Below, one piece after another: positions 60,481 through 64,000 of a stretch of DNA of 64,000 nucleotides. Every line of letters begins with the position of its first letter. Position 1 is the stretch's first letter. Under the pieces are notes generated by a model. That model had not been told where the DNA came from, made no database searches, and saw only the letters and a program-made list of their open reading frames with translations. The position numbers and the translations under genes were made by a program. The DNA is taken from assembly GCF_001194135.2 (NCBI RefSeq), contig NC_068984.1, positions 101,809,787 through 101,873,786 on the forward strand. Direction: 5' to 3'. The stretch is from Octopus bimaculoides. Lineage: Eukaryota.

Positions 60481-63136
60481 AGATGTGATATCGCCAGAAG
60501 AGATGAGCAATGATATACTCTAGATGAAATTTAGTAAACAAAAGGTTATCACCAATATTTTTCTGCCAAACATAAGAATTGCTAAATTATCCGATTATAC
60601 TTTCTTCCGCCATTAATCATTGCAAAGATAAAGACTAGAAATAGTTTCGACAATCCACCCCATCCTAATATATTTATATATACGTAATCAGTTTTAGTCT
60701 GTAGCAGAAATGTTGTGCACAATGTCGACACTTCCGGGAAACCCCTACGCTGCAGATAGAAGCAATCACTTCGAAAAATTTGCATACGACTATATTAACC
60801 ACTTTCCAAGGCTACTGCACATAACTTCCTTATTTACGTGACTCATCTCATTTTCGCTAATTAGTTTCTGGGTCGTTCTTACACTCTCCGGGGAGTTGTG
60901 AAATCATGAAGATCGCGTTTTGGTTTCACTTCTCGTTTGTGACAAATTCACATTGTTTACATCGATAACTTCTCACTGAATGTTACAAAATCCCAGTTTC
61001 TGTTCTATAAAAATATAGTCATGTGCTTGTAAAATAAATAAATAAATAAATAAAAGGAAATAGTAATTAGGCCAAACTTTCTTCACAATACATGTTTCTC
61101 AGAGTATTTTTTTTTCCAGTAAATACTCACAACTGACTTGACAACTAGCTATAACCAGATTTACAAGTTCACTTTCAACTAACCTCTATTACGATATGTA
61201 AAAAAGCTTTAGGTTTAGGATCACCAAGTCAAGTCGTTAGAATGTTATTCTGTTAGATGATCTCGCTTAAGTATAATCAATAAATAATCGGGTGCATATT
61301 CCTGACAGATAAACTATGGTGCATAGAAGTACTAAAATTATACTTGGGTGTGACAAAATTATGAAAAATCATGTTATTCAAGACATATTTGTATGGATTT
61401 TCTAAAGCCTTAACTGAACCCAAGATCTCAACTCGCCCAATTAGTTTGCAGGATAAAGTTCAAATTCTTTTGTCCATTTAGAGCTGTGGTCCTCAGTCTT
61501 CTGATATCATGGTGCAGCCAAAAATTATTGGTGCGCTTTGCATGGAAAGTTTATAAAATTAAATCTGTGTATATTTATGATTCAATATACTTGAGTGCAC
61601 TCATATATGGAAAGAGGTTCACTGCAGAGATTGTCTCAGAGAGTATATTCGGGTTAGACTCTGAATGACGTTATCAGACTGTATGACACGTATTTCTGCG
61701 TAGCTACGCCTCATCAGTAACAGACACCACTTCAACTGTTTAAAACAATTAAAAATTGCTTTAAAGTTAAAAATCTAGAGAATACATAGAAATCTACTGC
61801 TTACGTTACTTTCCAAATCGTTCAAAATTATGAAAAAACGTTAATCAGGACATATTTGTATGGATTTATCATATTTTTTAAATTGTGGGGTACCAAGACA
61901 CATCTTGTGGTCACAATTTGAATACCTCTAATTTAAAGAGACATTTTTTGACCATTTAATGCTGTGGAAGACCGAATAAACCACCAACACACATAGCTTG
62001 TTGCCCTGAACACACCTCAACAAGGCCGATAAAATTCACATGACTAAGTAGTGAAGTCCAGATACCCCCGACAGATTCTTCGCAGACAGAATTCAATAGA
62101 GATTCGCTAACAAACAAAACATCTGAAATTTACAGGACTTCCACTGACTACAATCTTGAGTTATTCCATTGAGGGTTAAATAACTTGGTCATGAATACAA
62201 CATATCGCACCAAGCAGAATGCAAATCGTCCACCCATCGATACCCTATTGATTCTGTTAACCGTGTTTTCTTGTGACGAAAAACTTTACTCAGTATCTCA
62301 AATCAGTACTTATTCCATGGCTAGGAAATGGAAAGGACTCAAAATAAATTTAAACCAAGAAAGTATACTCTGCGCTATCTGATTCTGAAACTTACCGTTC
62401 AGAATTCGAAAGAGCCAGAAACATATTCCTTTCTACTATGGACACAAGGCCTGAAATTTAGGGGGAAAGAGGCTAGTCGATTACATCGGTCCCAGTGCAC
62501 AACCAGTATTTATTTTATTGGCCCTCAACAGGATGAAAGGCAAATTCAACCTCGGCGGAATATGAACTCAGAATGTAAAGACGGACGAAATGCCGCTCAA
62601 TATTTTGGCCGGCGTGCTAACGATTCTGCCAGCTTTCCTATTAACATATTGGTATTACTTATACTGACGTAAGGCTTCGAGCTGGCAGAACCCTTTTGGG
62701 GTCGATAAAATAAGTACCAAATCAGCACTGAGGTCGATGTAATCTCAGGATTGTTGCGTATACCGGTATTCATTGTTGAATTAGCTAGAAACAATAATAG
62801 AATGTTTACTTTTAATAACCGACTTCTGAAGCTCAGTTGGTTTCTTTTTTGTTTTGTTTTGTTTTTCTTTTTTTTCTTTTTTTTTTTCATTTTTATTCTG
62901 GTAAGCTTTCAAGGGAGCCCTGTAGAGATATCTTTACATTCAGTTTTAATGTGATCATTGCGCGAACATTCTCGTCACGACTCATCGCAGAAATTTTCTG
63001 TGAATAGTGCTCTCTCTAAGCAACCACAGATTCTCAAACACCTTGTTTGTTGGATGATTTGAGAATTAATGGTTTCTAATTTAGGCTGAAGGGCAGCAAT
63101 TTTGAGGAGAGGGAAGTTAGTCAATACCATTGACTA

Positions 63137-63231
63137 ACTTGACGGGTATTTTAATACTTGACGGGTATTTTAATACTTGACGGGTATTTTAATACTTGAC
63201 GGGTATTTTAATACTTGACGGGTATTTTAAT
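63137..63231. repeat. Five perfect tandem copies of the 19-bp unit ACTTGACGGGTATTTTAAT
   Basis: Direct reading; lies inside a reverse Meta-core SINE remnant. Confidence 0.95.
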
Positions 63232-64000
63232 TTATCGATTCACTTGATGATATTTGAACTCATAATGCAGTGTCGGAAGAAATACTTCAGGATACTTTGT
63301 CTAACGCTCTAACAATTCTGCGAAGCCACCGCCCTAACCCTGTCGTTTTATATAAGAACAGGAAGCATGCGGTTCTACATGACCTCTCCACCCACCACCA
63401 AGAAAGGTAGTGGGGTTATGGCTGAAGTACTATGATCAAAGGTTGCTCAAGTCAGGTTGACAACAGTAATGCTATAAACATTACGTCTCATTTCCCTGAA
63501 GTCAGGTGATGCTGCATGATAGCAATAATGGTATCTGAAACATTTTTTTCAATAATTTGCTTCATTAGTGCGCTTATGTTTCGTTGTGAGTGTCTGTGAG
63601 TGTACGTTTCCTTCTTCCTTTGCCTCCTCCACCTCCTCCGCCTCCTTCGCTTCCTCCGCCTCATTCGCTCTTCTGTCTCCTCCTCCTTGAGCCTTCAGCC
63701 CCTCCTCGAGTCGTAAGGGCGCTGTTATAGTATACAGCGCGCCTTGGCTCTTTTAAACCGGACGAACCCGTTCTGTCTGTATAGATGAGTTAGGATGCAC
63801 ACATGCGTGTCGCAAGTTGGATCAGATGCGACCCCATTTGGTACATCAGTTACCTGGTTTTCAGAGGCAACTAAAATACGAGCTGTGTTCGTTTGGACAG
63901 ATTAAAATTATGAAAATAAGATTTGGAGGGCGATTCATTCAATTAATTAAATTCCCTTCATGTTTACCTCGAATTTATTTGATGGTATCTTGTTGCATAT

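Noticed and set aside
63137-63231. CRISPR-like appearance of the regular short repeats (also 50002-50125 and 18745-19010)
   Set aside because: No unique spacers, no cas genes, eukaryotic context.

Overview
Repeat-dense animal genomic DNA, most likely Octopus (inference from the SINE, MITE and LINE repertoire and the abundant TA/CA/AAT microsatellites), with six N gaps (933-989, 8174-8519, 9102-9111, 37872-38374, 55004-55510, 58070-58079). The only host coding sequence I can support is a 93-bp minus-strand first coding exon (41272-41364) whose translation matches the FERM N-terminus of the E3 ligase MYLIP/IDOL. I found no later MYLIP exon, so the left ~41 kb is probably one very large intron; it is visibly CpG-depleted compared with the right part. 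The rest is layered mobile DNA: two mariner relics, RTE, Tx1/L1, CR1/Jockey-like, R4/Dong and CRE-like LINE fragments, a Helitron fragment, TTAA-flanked (piggyBac/Kolobok-like), hAT-like and Merlin-like MITEs, and many tRNA-derived SINEs. The two most unusual structures are (1) a TSD-bounded ~380-bp element combining a tRNA-like Pol III head, a minimal hammerhead-ribozyme motif and an inverted copy of that ribozyme arm (24911-25292), and (2) two copies of a Merlin-like MITE built around a (CCCTAA)n-(TTAGGG)n telomeric-repeat palindrome (48085-48664, 57717-58288). All family assignments are by eye from motifs; no database searches were run.
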